64,000 bases of DNA from Nitrospinales bacterium (GTDB lineage Bacteria > Nitrospinota > Nitrospinia > Nitrospinales > VA-1): NCBI GenBank assembly GCA_965262115.1, contig OZ253496.1, positions 1,440,001 to 1,504,000 on the forward strand, in the 5' to 3' direction. Of the stretch, positions 1-10,291 are shown piece after piece. Position numbers and translations under genes: made by a program. Under the pieces are notes generated by a model. That model ran no database searches and was not told the origin of the DNA. It worked only from the letters and a program-made list of their open reading frames with translations. Positions within the stretch are counted from its first letter, which is position 1, and each line of letters opens with the position of its first letter.

Positions 1-680
1 TCCATGCTGTTATGGGAAATTTCCGGAAACTTTAAAATTTTGGCGGTGTATTGGCGGTCGATGGGAAAATTAGTGCCGGCCAATGCCGCTGATCCCAGAG
101 GCATAACGTTGATCCTTTTGCGCGCATCCAGAAAACGGTCTTTGTCGCGAAGCAACATTTCCACATAAGCCAAAAGGTGGTGCGACAACAAAACCGGTTG
201 TGCCCTTTGCAAATGTGTGTATCCAGGAATCACCCGGTCGATATTCTTTTTGGCAAGAGTCACCAGGGTTTTGCACGACCGGTCGATTTCCTTTACTACC
301 TCATCCACCTCGTTTCGCAAATACAGGCGGATGTCCAGGCAAACCTGATCGTTACGACTGCGAGCGGTGTGGAGTTTGCCGGCGGTGGGTCCTATCATTT
401 CACGCAGGCGGCTTTCGATATTCATATGAATATCTTCCAGCTTGTCGCTGAACTGGAACCGTCCCGTTTTGCATTCTTTTAAAATCCGCTTCAACCCTTT
501 CTGGATTTTCTGCGACTCGGACGGGGAGATTATTTCACAATGCGCCAGCATTTTGCAATGCGCGATACTTCCTTCGATGTCACAGGCGTAAAGCCGCTTA
601 TCAAAAGAAATGGAAGCCGAGAAGGTTTCCATCAACGTATCGGTCGATTGTTTGAACCGGCCGCTCCATGGTTTTTTCAT
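1..680 (-). CDS. argH: Argininosuccinate lyase, 5' part; runs off the window start
   Basis: Manual minus-strand translation from ATG 680 gives MKKPWSGRFKQSTD...MPLGSAALAGTNFPIDR, typical of ArgH. Confidence 0.93.
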   Translation of the reverse strand, partial: MKKPWSGRFKQSTDTLMETFSASISFDKRLYACDIEGSIAHCKMLAHCEIISPSESQKIQKGLKRILKECKTGRFQFSDKLEDIHMNIESRLREMIGPTAGKLHTARSRNDQVCLDIRLYLRNEVDEVVKEIDRSCKTLVTLAKKNIDRVIPGYTHLQRAQPVLLSHHLLAYVEMLLRDKDRFLDARKRINVMPLGSAALAGTNFPIDRQYTAKILKFPEISHNSM

Positions 681-902
681 TTTAAATTCCCCTCCCCCCG
701 GCTAGCCGCCACCAGGCGTGAGGCTGTGATATTTCTTTACTCCAGGTTCTTGACCTCCACTTGCGAGCCGGTTTTCGGGCATCGGCTATTTGGGCGAGGG
801 TCATTTTTTCTCAACAATATTTTCGCCAGCGAACTGTAGCTTCATGGTTCTTCCCTTGGGAGCGGGAAGCGGATCCGTTGTACCATTGGTGCCGTATTCT
901 GT

Positions 903-1421
903 TCAGGCTTCGCAAGCCGTCCAATCTTCTCTTCTGATTTTTATTTCTTTGCTCGGTGGGCTATTATCCAAGGATAAAAAACCTACCATCGTTTTTACAA
1001 TTCGCATAATGCCGGGAGTCTTTATAATCTCGTCTGTTTTTTTTTCCAAGTATATGCGGCGAATATGCTTGTCATTGCTCCCTGTAATTTTTGTTTTTCC
1101 ACCCTACCACCTCGTTACGGTCATTCTTTTAACGCCCATAATTCTGGCCAGCTCTTCCCCTGTATAACAGAGATGTTTTCTTAAAAACCGGGCTTCCCTT
1201 CCGGTTAGGGCTTTGGGCTTAAATACCAAAGCGAAAGCTATCATAAGGTGCAACCCTTCCGAACACGGAACTTCCCACTCTGTACTCTTGCATGACAAAC
1301 AAATATAATTAGGGACGCCCTCAAGAATTATATTATCCAGGCCGGATTGAGTATACCTGAAATTTCCTTTGCCTTTTTTTTGCGTTTTACCGCACTCTAA
1401 ATATTTCATGATTAGGCCCAT
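903..1421 (-). pseudogene. MqsA/YgiT-type zinc-finger + HTH antitoxin with in-frame TAG at 1104-1106
   Basis: CxxC/GLDNIILEGV, then HTH 'GEELARIMGVKRMTVTRW*GGKTKIT'. The frame stays open after the TAG to TGA at 903; TAG sits where GAG (TRWE) is expected. Confidence 0.7.
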
Positions 1422-1465
1422 CTCTCCATTTTTTTATGTTTTACCGCGCTCCAAGGGTATCAAGA

Positions 1466-1729
1466 TCATTTTTTTCTTATAATTGCTATAAGCCTTATCT
1501 TTGATTTTCTTTTGTCTACAACTTCAAAGACTACCTTTAAATGTTCGACAGGATGCTCAATTCTATAAGTCCATGCGCCCGTAACGATATGCGGCTCCGG
1601 AGCGTTAAAAATAAACCCTGACCTCGCCAAGGCTATCAGGTCATTGGCTTCCACCCCATCTGTGGATGATTTTAACTTGCTTGACGGGTTGATTGGAAAA
1701 CCGGTTCCGTTATGAAGAGGAGCCACCAC
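1466..1729 (-). CDS. DUF4258-like toxin partner; N-terminus uncertain or truncated
   Basis: Small ORF just upstream of the MqsA-like antitoxin; 'W.YRIE...LKVVFEV...IRLIAII' pattern. Confidence 0.45.
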   Translation of the reverse strand: MVAPLHNGTGFPINPSSKLKSSTDGVEANDLIALARSGFIFNAPEPHIVTGAWTYRIEHPVEHLKVVFEVVDKRKSKIRLIAIIRKK

Positions 1730-1848
1730 AAGACCCGCCCGGATGCCCTGTTTTTTTCTTTATGAAATAAATCGGGCGTTCCGCATATCCTGGATAGCTT
1801 CCCCATTATTAAACGGGATGATGAAAAACTTTTTAATGGAAAATACTA

Positions 1849-2559
1849 CTAACTTTTCCTCTTTTTCTCGTCTGAGCCGGCGATCACCACGGTGATTTCG
1901 CCTTTCCAGGTTCGTGTCAGGGTGGAAAGCTCTTTCAGGCTGCCACGAATCACTTCCTCATACATTTTAGTCAGCTCGCGGGTAACAGCCACCTTGCGAT
2001 CTCCAAAAAACCGGTAAAGGTCTTGCAACGTTTTTTGAATGCGGTTCGGCGATTCAAATAAAACTACGGTGCGTTTTTCATTCGCCAGATTCTCCAGCAT
2101 CGTCGTGCGCCCTTTTTTGCGGGGGAGGAACCCCTCAAAAACAAACCGGTCCATGGGCAAACCGGAAACAGTCAATGCCGCCAGCAATGCCGATGGACCA
2201 GGAATGGAGTAAACAGAAACCCCCTCCTCGATTGCGCTGTTCACTAAATGATAATGCGGGTCAGAAATTCCGGGCGTTCCGGCGTCTGAAACCAGAGCAA
2301 GGTCATCGCCTTTTTTGAGCCGCTCGACAAACTCCCTGCCTTTCTTAATTTTGTTAAAACTGTTGTAACTGGAAAGGGGCGTTTGGATTTGGTACCTGTT
2401 CAACAAAATTCTTGTCCGGCGGGTATCTTCAGCCGCTATCAGGGAAACCGCATCAAGGGTTTCTATAGCGCGATGGGTCACATCACCCAAGTTGCCAATT
2501 GGGGTGCTCACTACAAATAAATTGCCCGCTTCCACTGACCCCGGTTGCACAACAGCCAT
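1849..2559 (-). CDS. rsmI: 16S rRNA C1402 2'-O-methyltransferase
   Basis: TPIGNLGD, AAEDTR, LVSDAGTPGISDP, ESPNR and RELTK motifs. Confidence 0.95.
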   Translation of the reverse strand: MAVVQPGSVEAGNLFVVSTPIGNLGDVTHRAIETLDAVSLIAAEDTRRTRILLNRYQIQTPLSSYNSFNKIKKGREFVERLKKGDDLALVSDAGTPGISDPHYHLVNSAIEEGVSVYSIPGPSALLAALTVSGLPMDRFVFEGFLPRKKGRTTMLENLANEKRTVVLFESPNRIQKTLQDLYRFFGDRKVAVTRELTKMYEEVIRGSLKELSTLTRTWKGEITVVIAGSDEKKRKS

Positions 2560-2633
2560 GATTGAATATTTATTTTAGTCTCCGGTTTTGAAAAACTCAA
2601 CCCTTCGTTAGGAAAAGCAGGACCGATTTTCAG

Positions 2634-3041
2634 TTACCCTTTCGCGGACTGGCCGGAAACTTTCTTTTCTTTTTCTTCGGTTTTTACCAGAGGTATGATT
2701 TTATTTTCTTTTCCCGTCATATCGCAGGAACCGTCCAATACCCCTCCCAGCTCAATGTACAAAGCAGGGGATTTAATATTTCCCACCACCCGGCTGCCCG
2801 AATGAATCTCAACCTTTTTGGAAGCAATGATGGTTCCTTCTACGCGACCCATGCAGACAACCGTTCCCGCAGAAATTTCCGCTATAAGATGTCCCGTCTC
2901 CCCGACAACCAGCGTATCATCGGTGTGGACCTCGCCTTCAAACTTGCCATCAATGCGAACAGTCCCGTCAAAATATAACGACCCGTTGAAAACCGTGTCT
3001 TCGCTCATAGAGGCTTTAATTTGCGTGTCTTCTTTTTTCAT
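2634..3041 (-). CDS. Bactofilin (polymer-forming cytoskeletal protein)
   Basis: Beta-helix repeats 'VRIDGKFEGEV...VGETG...GRVEGTI...GNIKSPAL'. Confidence 0.85.
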   Translation of the reverse strand: MKKEDTQIKASMSEDTVFNGSLYFDGTVRIDGKFEGEVHTDDTLVVGETGHLIAEISAGTVVCMGRVEGTIIASKKVEIHSGSRVVGNIKSPALYIELGGVLDGSCDMTGKENKIIPLVKTEEKEKKVSGQSAKG

Positions 3042-3079
3042 ATTTTTCTCTCTCCACATGAGAAACCACCTGTCCCGTT

Positions 3080-3952
3080 TTAATGTTTTTGCTGGCCAAT
3101 CAATTCCTGGATGCGATCCAGATCGTCATCCGAGTAATAAGTCACCACCAGTTTGCCACCTTTTTTCCCTGGATTAATCTCAACTTTGGTCCCCAGCTTG
3201 CGCTCCAACTCCTTTTCCAGGTCCCTGATAAAAATATTTTTTTTACTAGCAGGGACGAGTTTTGTAGGCGTCGATTGTTTTAACCTGTTCACCCGGCTTT
3301 CTGTTTGCCGTACCGTAAGATCCTGTTTGAAAATTTCTTTACGCAGAGCTTGCATTTGTCCGGCATTGTCCAGCCCCAGGAGAGCCCGGGCGTGGCCCAT
3401 GGAAAGTTTTCCGGAAATCAAATCTTCCTTGATATTTCTGGACAACTTGAGAAGCCGCAAAATGTTGGCAACCGCAGCCCGGCTTTTACCTACCTTTTTA
3501 GCGATCATTTCCTGAGTCAGGGCAAACTCATCGGAAAGGCGGGCATAAGCTTCCGCCTCTTCTATGGGGTTGAGATCCTGACGATGAATATTTTCAACGA
3601 TCGCCAATTCCAGAGCCTGATTGTCGCTGACCTCGCGAATCACTGCGGGAATTTTTTTCAGTCCCGCTTTTTTTGATGCCCGCCATCGTCTTTCACCCAC
3701 CACCAACTTATAACCGGTTGCCGCTTTTTGCACAATCACCGGTTGCAGAATTCCATTTTCACGAATGGACATTACCAGTTCTTCAAGCTTGTCATCATCG
3801 AAATATTTTCTCGGTTGAAACCGGTTGGGTGAAATTTCATCGATCAGTAATTCCGTTCCCAGGGTCGTTCCTCTTTCGACGGATTCGGGAACTCCCATTT
3901 CGAAGTCCGGGATCAATGCGTTAATGCCTTTGCCTAATGCTTTTCGGTTCAT
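3080..3952 (-). CDS. parB: Chromosome partitioning protein ParB/Spo0J
   Basis: ALGKG, QPRKYF, GERRWRA, ENIHRQDLNPIEEA, HTH. Confidence 0.96.
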   Translation of the reverse strand: MNRKALGKGINALIPDFEMGVPESVERGTTLGTELLIDEISPNRFQPRKYFDDDKLEELVMSIRENGILQPVIVQKAATGYKLVVGERRWRASKKAGLKKIPAVIREVSDNQALELAIVENIHRQDLNPIEEAEAYARLSDEFALTQEMIAKKVGKSRAAVANILRLLKLSRNIKEDLISGKLSMGHARALLGLDNAGQMQALRKEIFKQDLTVRQTESRVNRLKQSTPTKLVPASKKNIFIRDLEKELERKLGTKVEINPGKKGGKLVVTYYSDDDLDRIQELIGQQKH

Positions 3953-3978
3953 GCCGCCGAGCCTGAAAGTGGGGTTCG

Positions 3979-4743
3979 TTATTCGGTTTTAGATCGGGAT
4001 ATAATTTCTTTAGCCAGTTCCACATAAGAATCCGCGCCGCGTGAGCGACCGGCATACAGCATGATCGGCTTGCCATGACTGGGCGCCTCGCTCAACCGCA
4101 CATTCCTTGGAATGATTGTTTTTAGCAGGAAGTCGCTGAAATATTTTTGCACCTGGTCCTTCACCTGTGAGGCCAGCAGGGTTCTGCCATCAAACATCGT
4201 CAACAAAATGCCTTCCACTTTTAAATCCGGGTTGATGGATTTCTTTATCAGCTTTAAAGTTTTCAGCAAATGGCTCAAACCCTGAAGAGCGTAATATTCA
4301 CATTGCATCGGAATCAAGACCGAGTTGGAAACCGTCAAGGAATTCAAAGTCAAAAGACCTAAAGAAGGCGGACAATCTATAACCACAAACTCAAACTCCT
4401 CGCGCACTCCGTTGAGCGCCGTCTTCAAAACTTTCCCCCGGGCTTCCCTGGATACCAGCTCGATTTCAGCACCGGTAAGATCCACCCTCGACGGGATGAT
4501 TTTCAGCGTTTCAATTTCAGTGGAGCAAATGACTTCCTTTTGGCTCGCCTCACCCATCAAGAGTTCATAAACCCCCCGGGAATTGGCATCGATCCCCAAC
4601 CCGCTGGAGGCGTTGCCCTGAGGATCAATATCGATTAACAACACTTTTTTGCCCGAAAGGGCTATAGAGGCTGAAAGGTTGATGGCTGTGGTGGTTTTGC
4701 CCACCCCGCCTTTTTGATTTGCAATGCTTATGATTTTGCCCAT
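3979..4743 (-). CDS. parA: Chromosome partitioning ATPase ParA/Soj
   Basis: NQKGGVGKTTT, DPQGN, DCPPSLG, EAPSHG. Confidence 0.96.
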   Translation of the reverse strand: MGKIISIANQKGGVGKTTTAINLSASIALSGKKVLLIDIDPQGNASSGLGIDANSRGVYELLMGEASQKEVICSTEIETLKIIPSRVDLTGAEIELVSREARGKVLKTALNGVREEFEFVVIDCPPSLGLLTLNSLTVSNSVLIPMQCEYYALQGLSHLLKTLKLIKKSINPDLKVEGILLTMFDGRTLLASQVKDQVQKYFSDFLLKTIIPRNVRLSEAPSHGKPIMLYAGRSRGADSYVELAKEIISRSKTE

Positions 4744-4927
4744 GAAACCTCTTGGGAACAGTTCGGACAACCGCCTCAAATTACCATATTTTCAATTCTT
4801 TGCCAATATATAAATTGATTTGGACCACTGTTCGGCCAGGGTAGCACTGGACCCAACTGGCAATAGCCTCTCTGGCAAGCAACCTTTTTTCTCGGCTAAG
4901 TCCTTGCTAATCTTGCCCCTGCGGGGC

Positions 4928-5090
4928 GAGACCTTTGCATAACCTGAGATTCTCATTGATCCTCCCCTCTCATGAGGGGAGGCAAGGCGTAGCCGCGGAG
5001 GGGTGTATTATTTTTACGGAATTTATAATCCAACCCTCCCCTGGCCCCTCCCTATGAAGGGAGGGGGATTTCTGCTTCCGCCTTTTTCAG
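4928..5090. repeat. MITE-like repeat (GAGACCTTTGCATAA end); inverted homologue of 37139-37320
   Basis: Near-identical reverse-complement match to 37139-37320; a second element end starts at 5150. Confidence 0.75.
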
Positions 5091-5262
5091 AGAGGGTCGG
5101 GGTGATTTACCACCAGAAGGTTTCAGGTTGTCCCCCTCTTTCTCAAAGAGAGACCTTTGCATAACCTGAGATTACCCCTGCGGGGCATGAAGTTTATGGA
5201 TGTGGATATAACAGGCTCATGAAGGTTTTGGTAAGTCATCACACCTGTAGCGGCTCGCCGGA

Positions 5263-5278
5263 TGTTTCACGTGGAACA
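5263..5278. promoter_or_regulatory. parS: parS centromere site overlapping the rsmG stop codon
   Basis: TGTTTCACGTGGAACA (reverse complement TGTTCCACGTGAAACA) matches the parS consensus and lies next to parAB. Confidence 0.9.
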
Positions 5279-5911
5279 TTTTTCATAAATCAGCAGGCTG
5301 GAGACCCGTCCCTGATAGCTGGTTATGGTGATCTCGTCCTTTAAAGGAATACTGGATTCCGGGAGGGTTTCGTCGGGGGACTTTTTCAGGACCAACCTGC
5401 CTCCGGGAGCTAAAAACCTCTCGCCCAGGGCCAGACAAGGCTCTACACCCGATACAGCGCGAAATATGACCGCATCAAATTGGCCTTCCTGTTGGGCCGG
5501 AATGTCTTCCGCTCTGGCATTGATCACCTCAGCCTGATCCAGCTCGAGCTCCCGGATGACCGTTTCCAGAAAACTGCAGCGTTTTCGCTGGCTTTCCACC
5601 AAAACCAATGGCATTTCAGGAAAAATGATTTTTAAAGGAATCCCGGGAAAACCAGCACCGCTGCCTATATCCATGGCCCGGAAATCCGGTTTGAGCGCCC
5701 GGCAATACTGTAGAGAGTCGAATATATGTCTTTTGAGGATGTTTTCGGGGTCTTTTTCTGCGGTGAGATTAATTTTGTGGTTCCATTTGACCAGAAGATC
5801 CAGATAGTGCTGAATCTGAGGCTCCGCGAGGCTAGAAAGCCCACTATCCAGAGCCAGCCGGGGGTCCTGCAAAATATGTCCAATGGTACCTTGCATGGGA
5901 GGCCTTTGCAT
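5267..5911 (-). CDS. rsmG: 16S rRNA G527 methyltransferase
   Basis: WNHKINLTA, DIGSGAGFPGIPL, FRAV; directly upstream of parA. Confidence 0.93.
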   Translation of the reverse strand: MQRPPMQGTIGHILQDPRLALDSGLSSLAEPQIQHYLDLLVKWNHKINLTAEKDPENILKRHIFDSLQYCRALKPDFRAMDIGSGAGFPGIPLKIIFPEMPLVLVESQRKRCSFLETVIRELELDQAEVINARAEDIPAQQEGQFDAVIFRAVSGVEPCLALGERFLAPGGRLVLKKSPDETLPESSIPLKDEITITSYQGRVSSLLIYEKCST

Positions 5912-5926
5912 AGGGCAAAATGGCGT

Positions 5927-6910
5927 TCAGGAAGCAAGAATCTTTTTAAATTCCCGGGTAAGAATAGGGACGATCTTTAGAACATCTCCAACTAACCCAT
6001 AATCGGCAACAGAAAAAATAGCCGCATTGGGGTCGGAATTAATGGCTACAATGCATCGTGACGAAGACATTCCGGCTAAATGCTGTACCGCCCCGGAAAT
6101 ACCACAGGCGAAATAAAGATCCGGGGAAACGGTTCGCCCGGTCTGGCCCACCTGGTTGGAATAGTCGCGCCAACCATTATCTACCACAGGCCGACTAGCC
6201 CCTACCGCCCCACCCAGGACTTCTGCCAGGTCTTCCAGCAGTTTAAAATTTTCCGGCCCCTGCATCCCCAGTCCACCCGATACCACAATCCGGGCTTCGG
6301 TGACATCCAATTGGGAACCCACCTGTTTGACCAGTTCCCGGACCCGTTGGGAAAATTCCGGCAATTCGATTTCTTCCTGAATAATGTCGCCCTGCCGTGA
6401 AAGCGGGGGATCGCGAAATACATTCGGCCTGAGGGAAAGTATATGCGGTTTCTTGCCCTTAAAGCGGACTGAGGAGTGGGCCTTTCCGGCTGAAACCGGC
6501 CGTACCGCCTCCACCTCACCACCGCTAACAGAAAGGGAAATACAGTCGGTCGCCACCCCTACCCCTAACTGGGCCGAAAGAACCGCCGACAATTCCTTGC
6601 CGTTATTGGTCGCCGGCAACAATAAATAATCGAATTCAGATTTTTCCAGCTGCCGCAATAAAGCGAAAGCATAATTTTCGTGGACATAGTGCTGCAGGTC
6701 GGGATGAGTGAGAAAACGCACTTCATCGGCGCCGTATTGAATAAAAAGGTCGGCCTCAAAATCCGCTGCATGGCTAAAACAAAAGGCAACCACCTTTCCA
6801 GAGATCTGGTCCGCCAGTTTCCGGGCGGCGCTTAGAATCTCAAACGATACCGGTTTGGTTTTACCTTGGTCATGCTCGATCACCACAGCCAGGACACGAT
6901 CAACACTCAC
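5927..6910 (-). CDS. etfA: Electron transfer flavoprotein alpha subunit
   Basis: VGASRPVVD, QVGQTG, GISGAVQHLAGM. Confidence 0.95.
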   Translation of the reverse strand: MSVDRVLAVVIEHDQGKTKPVSFEILSAARKLADQISGKVVAFCFSHAADFEADLFIQYGADEVRFLTHPDLQHYVHENYAFALLRQLEKSEFDYLLLPATNNGKELSAVLSAQLGVGVATDCISLSVSGGEVEAVRPVSAGKAHSSVRFKGKKPHILSLRPNVFRDPPLSRQGDIIQEEIELPEFSQRVRELVKQVGSQLDVTEARIVVSGGLGMQGPENFKLLEDLAEVLGGAVGASRPVVDNGWRDYSNQVGQTGRTVSPDLYFACGISGAVQHLAGMSSSRCIVAINSDPNAAIFSVADYGLVGDVLKIVPILTREFKKILAS

Positions 6911-7035
6911 AAAAAAACTCCAGAAAAAAAATAAAAAGGGTGGCCGGAATCACGAACGCCAGAAAAATGTGTTTTATTGCCTTTTTAGGCGTAGCCTGAT
7001 TGGCGCATTTAATGGGATATGAAACCACAGTACGG

Positions 7036-7221
7036 TCAATATTTACCGGGTGGGCGAAACAGGGGAAGATCCAATATCCATTCAATCTCCCAGATTTCGC
7101 CAATGGTTCCCAGTCCGAGAAGAAAAACATATAGAACCAGGAGACCAATGCCAAATTGACCTTTATATTTCTGTGCCAGGCTTTTTAGTCCGCTGTCCGC
7201 GGGAGCAGGAGTTTCATTCAT
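7036..7221 (-). CDS. Small membrane protein
   Basis: 61-aa ORF with one hydrophobic segment, between etfB and etfA on the same strand. Confidence 0.55.
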   Translation of the reverse strand: MNETPAPADSGLKSLAQKYKGQFGIGLLVLYVFLLGLGTIGEIWEIEWILDLPLFRPPGKY

Positions 7222-7238
7222 AGGATAGATTTTCTTGA

Positions 7239-8015
7239 TTAAATGATTTTTTCCTCTTCACGCAGCAAGCGAACCAGCTCGCCGCTTATTTCTTCTTCAG
7301 ATCCTTGCAGAATTATTCCCTTTTTTCGCTCCGGGGGCAAGCATAGATTTTCCTCAATCACCCGGTTGTCACCAATGTCAAGCGTCTCAACATCAAGGGC
7401 AGATAGCGTTAAAACTTCTTTTTTCTTAGCGGCCATTATACCTTTAAGCGAGGGCAGACGAGGTTCATTAAGACCTTTCTGGCAAGTCAGCAACAAGGGA
7501 AGCGGCAATACGCAAACTTCACTGCCGCCTTCGACCTGCCGGGTTATTTTAGCATTTTGAAAGTCGTCGGAGAGCTCAATCCCTGTCACCACAGTGACGA
7601 AGGGAATGTCGAGAAAAGTAGCCAGGGCCGGGCCGGTCTGGGCCTGATCCACATCCACAGCCTGCCTGCCGCAAAGAATTAAATCGTAGGGAATTTTTTT
7701 AATCGCGCGGACCAAAATTTGGGCCAATGCATAAGAATCCAGTCCTTCAAATTTAGCATCCATCAAATGCACGGCCTTATCCGCACCCATAGCAAGAGCT
7801 TTTTTAATGGAATCCTTAAATCCTTCGGGCCCCAGCGATAAAAGGGTGATTTCGGTATCCGGTTTTTTTTCTTTAATGCGCACCGCTTCTTCAATCGCAA
7901 ACTCATCATAGGGGTTGATGATGCGGGAACTCCCGGGAGAAACCACCCTTTCATTTTCAATCTGGATTTGAGCAGCAGTGTCCAGAACCTGTTTGACACA
8001 AACGATGATTTTCAT
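7239..8015 (-). CDS. etfB: Electron transfer flavoprotein beta subunit
   Basis: MKIIVCVKQV, INPYDEFAIEEA, NEPRLPSL. Confidence 0.95.
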   Translation of the reverse strand: MKIIVCVKQVLDTAAQIQIENERVVSPGSSRIINPYDEFAIEEAVRIKEKKPDTEITLLSLGPEGFKDSIKKALAMGADKAVHLMDAKFEGLDSYALAQILVRAIKKIPYDLILCGRQAVDVDQAQTGPALATFLDIPFVTVVTGIELSDDFQNAKITRQVEGGSEVCVLPLPLLLTCQKGLNEPRLPSLKGIMAAKKKEVLTLSALDVETLDIGDNRVIEENLCLPPERKKGIILQGSEEEISGELVRLLREEEKII

Positions 8016-8209
8016 AATCCTCAAGCACGATTAACTTAACCTGGATATTGTCGCAGAGGGCGGCAATTTGTAAAACCGCCAAATTGTCACCAACACAACT
8101 GGGTAAAAATCTGTGAGGATTTAATAGTGATACTTTTAAGGTGAGGCTGATTGATGAATTGTGCAAATACGACTTCAGTACCCGGGAAAAGATGGGATTG
8201 TAATGGTTC

Positions 8210-8551
8210 TTAAACCATATATATCACTTCGGCCATTCGTTTTAACCTTTTCTTATTCATTTTTGATCTTTTTCCCCATGACAGCGTATGTGCTAAAGTT
8301 GATTTTATGGCGCCGTATTGGTCTCTTTCTAAAGCTTCTCTTTCACCTCTCAATTTTCCAGCACGCAATCTAATTAAGCCTTGGTCGGGATATTCATCGT
8401 GAAATTCCAACGGACTAATAAGACTTTCCAAGCAACATGAAATACCTCCTGGACCAAATGCAACTGACGAAACTTCTCCGTTCCTCCAATATTCTACTGG
8501 CATTCTTCTCAGGAATCCCTCTTCATCAAGAAATTGTTGGATCATCAACAT
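8210..8551 (-). CDS. Hypothetical protein, putative ART/RES-like toxin
   Basis: R...SSVAF...S...AH pattern; size and position resemble 39520-39924. Confidence 0.45.
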   Translation of the reverse strand: MLMIQQFLDEEGFLRRMPVEYWRNGEVSSVAFGPGGISCCLESLISPLEFHDEYPDQGLIRLRAGKLRGEREALERDQYGAIKSTLAHTLSWGKRSKMNKKRLKRMAEVIYMV

Positions 8552-8569
8552 GCTTTTCTCCGTTTTTAT

Positions 8570-8962
8570 CTACAAATTCTCTATCCATCGGATCAAGTCA
8601 GGGATCTCATCATTTGACACATTATCTTTTTCCAAATACATAATTTCATCGGCGCTTAGTTCCTCGGTTTTTAGAACAGAAATAGTTTCCTCATTAAACT
8701 CCATTTCCAAATCTCTTTTCCCATATTTCCACTCAAGCTGCAATCCTCCCCCACAAACCGGAAAAATAGAAGGTAATTCTAATTTGGAGGTTTTGGAGAA
8801 ACTTCCAGCTTTCTTAGCATAATTTAGAGCCCGTAACTTTGGCTTTATCTTCCTCTCAGGTTGGGCCATGTTATCACTTCCGTACAGACAGATTGTACTA
8901 AGTTTATCCAAGGACTCAGACGGTAGATACTTTGTCGCCCTGAAATTATCGACTGACTTCAC
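8570..8962 (-). CDS. Hypothetical protein (P.IFP..GGGLQLEW family); start uncertain
   Basis: C-terminal motif resembles 39000-39518 (PTVLLEPDGSFALDW). Confidence 0.5.
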   Translation of the reverse strand: MKSVDNFRATKYLPSESLDKLSTICLYGSDNMAQPERKIKPKLRALNYAKKAGSFSKTSKLELPSIFPVCGGGLQLEWKYGKRDLEMEFNEETISVLKTEELSADEIMYLEKDNVSNDEIPDLIRWIENL

Positions 8963-9285
8963 CCTAAAGTCAGGGTCATTTTTTTGAGGCCGGCCTTGAG
9001 GTGGTCGGAGAGGGCTTGGCTGCTGATCTTCATGATACGCGCAGCGAGTTTTTTCTTAAGCCCCCCATTAAACACCAATGAGACAGCCATCAACTGCCTG
9101 TCCGTCAATCCCATATCTTCAAGGTTCAAGAAACCTTCCTTTAAGTAGGAAAACTCTGAGTGCGGACGATAATCCTGAAATTCAACTCCGAAATTCTGGG
9201 CATTGCGGATAATTTCCAACTCATCAGGAGGAAAAAACCTCAAGTGATAGTCATTCTCCGATCCATAATCTATACCTTCATTCAT
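8959..9285 (-). CDS. Sigma region 4-like HTH protein, putative phage late regulator
   Basis: LTDRQLMAV...AARIMKISSQALSDHLKAGLKK. Confidence 0.6.
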   Translation of the reverse strand: MNEGIDYGSENDYHLRFFPPDELEIIRNAQNFGVEFQDYRPHSEFSYLKEGFLNLEDMGLTDRQLMAVSLVFNGGLKKKLAARIMKISSQALSDHLKAGLKKMTLTLG

Positions 9286-9299
9286 TTGTTTTGCAGGGT

Positions 9300-9728
9300 T
9301 CAGACATGCTCGTGATTCTCCAAGTATTTTAGAAATTGAGGACCATCATAGAAAATAAAATAGGAAAACCAGGGAGGCGGATCGGGCTCGAGCAAATCGG
9401 CAAAAAGACTGCGCGGCAAACCATCGGGCAAACCCATCACGGGAACACCATTAATAAAAACTTTGTCCCGGGAGAACATCGTCCGCCAATATTCACGTCC
9501 CACCCTGAAATGAAACCACAGTGCTTTTAGCGAAGGTTCCCGACGATATAAATAATTTCCACAATAAAGGCAATGCCAACCCACATCGGTTTCGTGCAAT
9601 CCCTTTCTACCGCAACCCCTTTGAAGAGTTTCTCCGCTTTCCAATACATAAGAAACCCGCAAACAAAGTTTGAGTCTTTTCCTGGCAGATGCGTTATGAC
9701 CCGAACGCGTTATCCGTATCTTTTCCAC
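9300..9728 (-). CDS. Hypothetical Zn-ribbon-containing protein
   Basis: GCG...WHCLYCG; same strand as the HTH gene and divergent from the repressor. Confidence 0.55.
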   Translation of the reverse strand: MEKIRITRSGHNASARKRLKLCLRVSYVLESGETLQRGCGRKGLHETDVGWHCLYCGNYLYRREPSLKALWFHFRVGREYWRTMFSRDKVFINGVPVMGLPDGLPRSLFADLLEPDPPPWFSYFIFYDGPQFLKYLENHEHV

Positions 9729-10291
9729 GGCACCCCTCCTCTAAAGTAGTTACCTGACACCTTGTTTCATCAAACCTGCTGATCCGGCGAAGTACAGTGC
9801 CCATCTGGCCAGGATTGATTTGATAGCCCCAAAATTTTCAGCCAACCCCAGCCAAGCACATTCCTGTTATTTTCCGGATATTTTTCGTTTACCGATTGCA
9901 TTGTCCGGACAGGAGTTGTTATAATTCCCACGTCCCCAGCTTGACCCTTTGAGTTTTATCCGGCAAATCCATATCGCAGGAAAGCCGGGGGGCCATTCGT
10001 TTCGGCTATTTTGCACATTAAAATAACCATTTTGTAGTTGCTGTAATTAATTGATAAATGGTGAATTATTTTGTCTGTTCATTTTCCCTATTCCCAAAAT
10101 ACCTGATCAAGATGGTATAATTAGTGGAAAGGCAGAATTCGAACCAAGCCATACTGCCAATAAAGTGAAACTGTTTCGCCAAAGAGCAAATTACAAAAAA
10201 ACAGCGAATTCGGAATAAGGACTTTATTCCTTTTTCTAATTTTTAATATAGGACATTTGTCCTCTTATGTCAAGAGCTTTTTCACTCCGTC

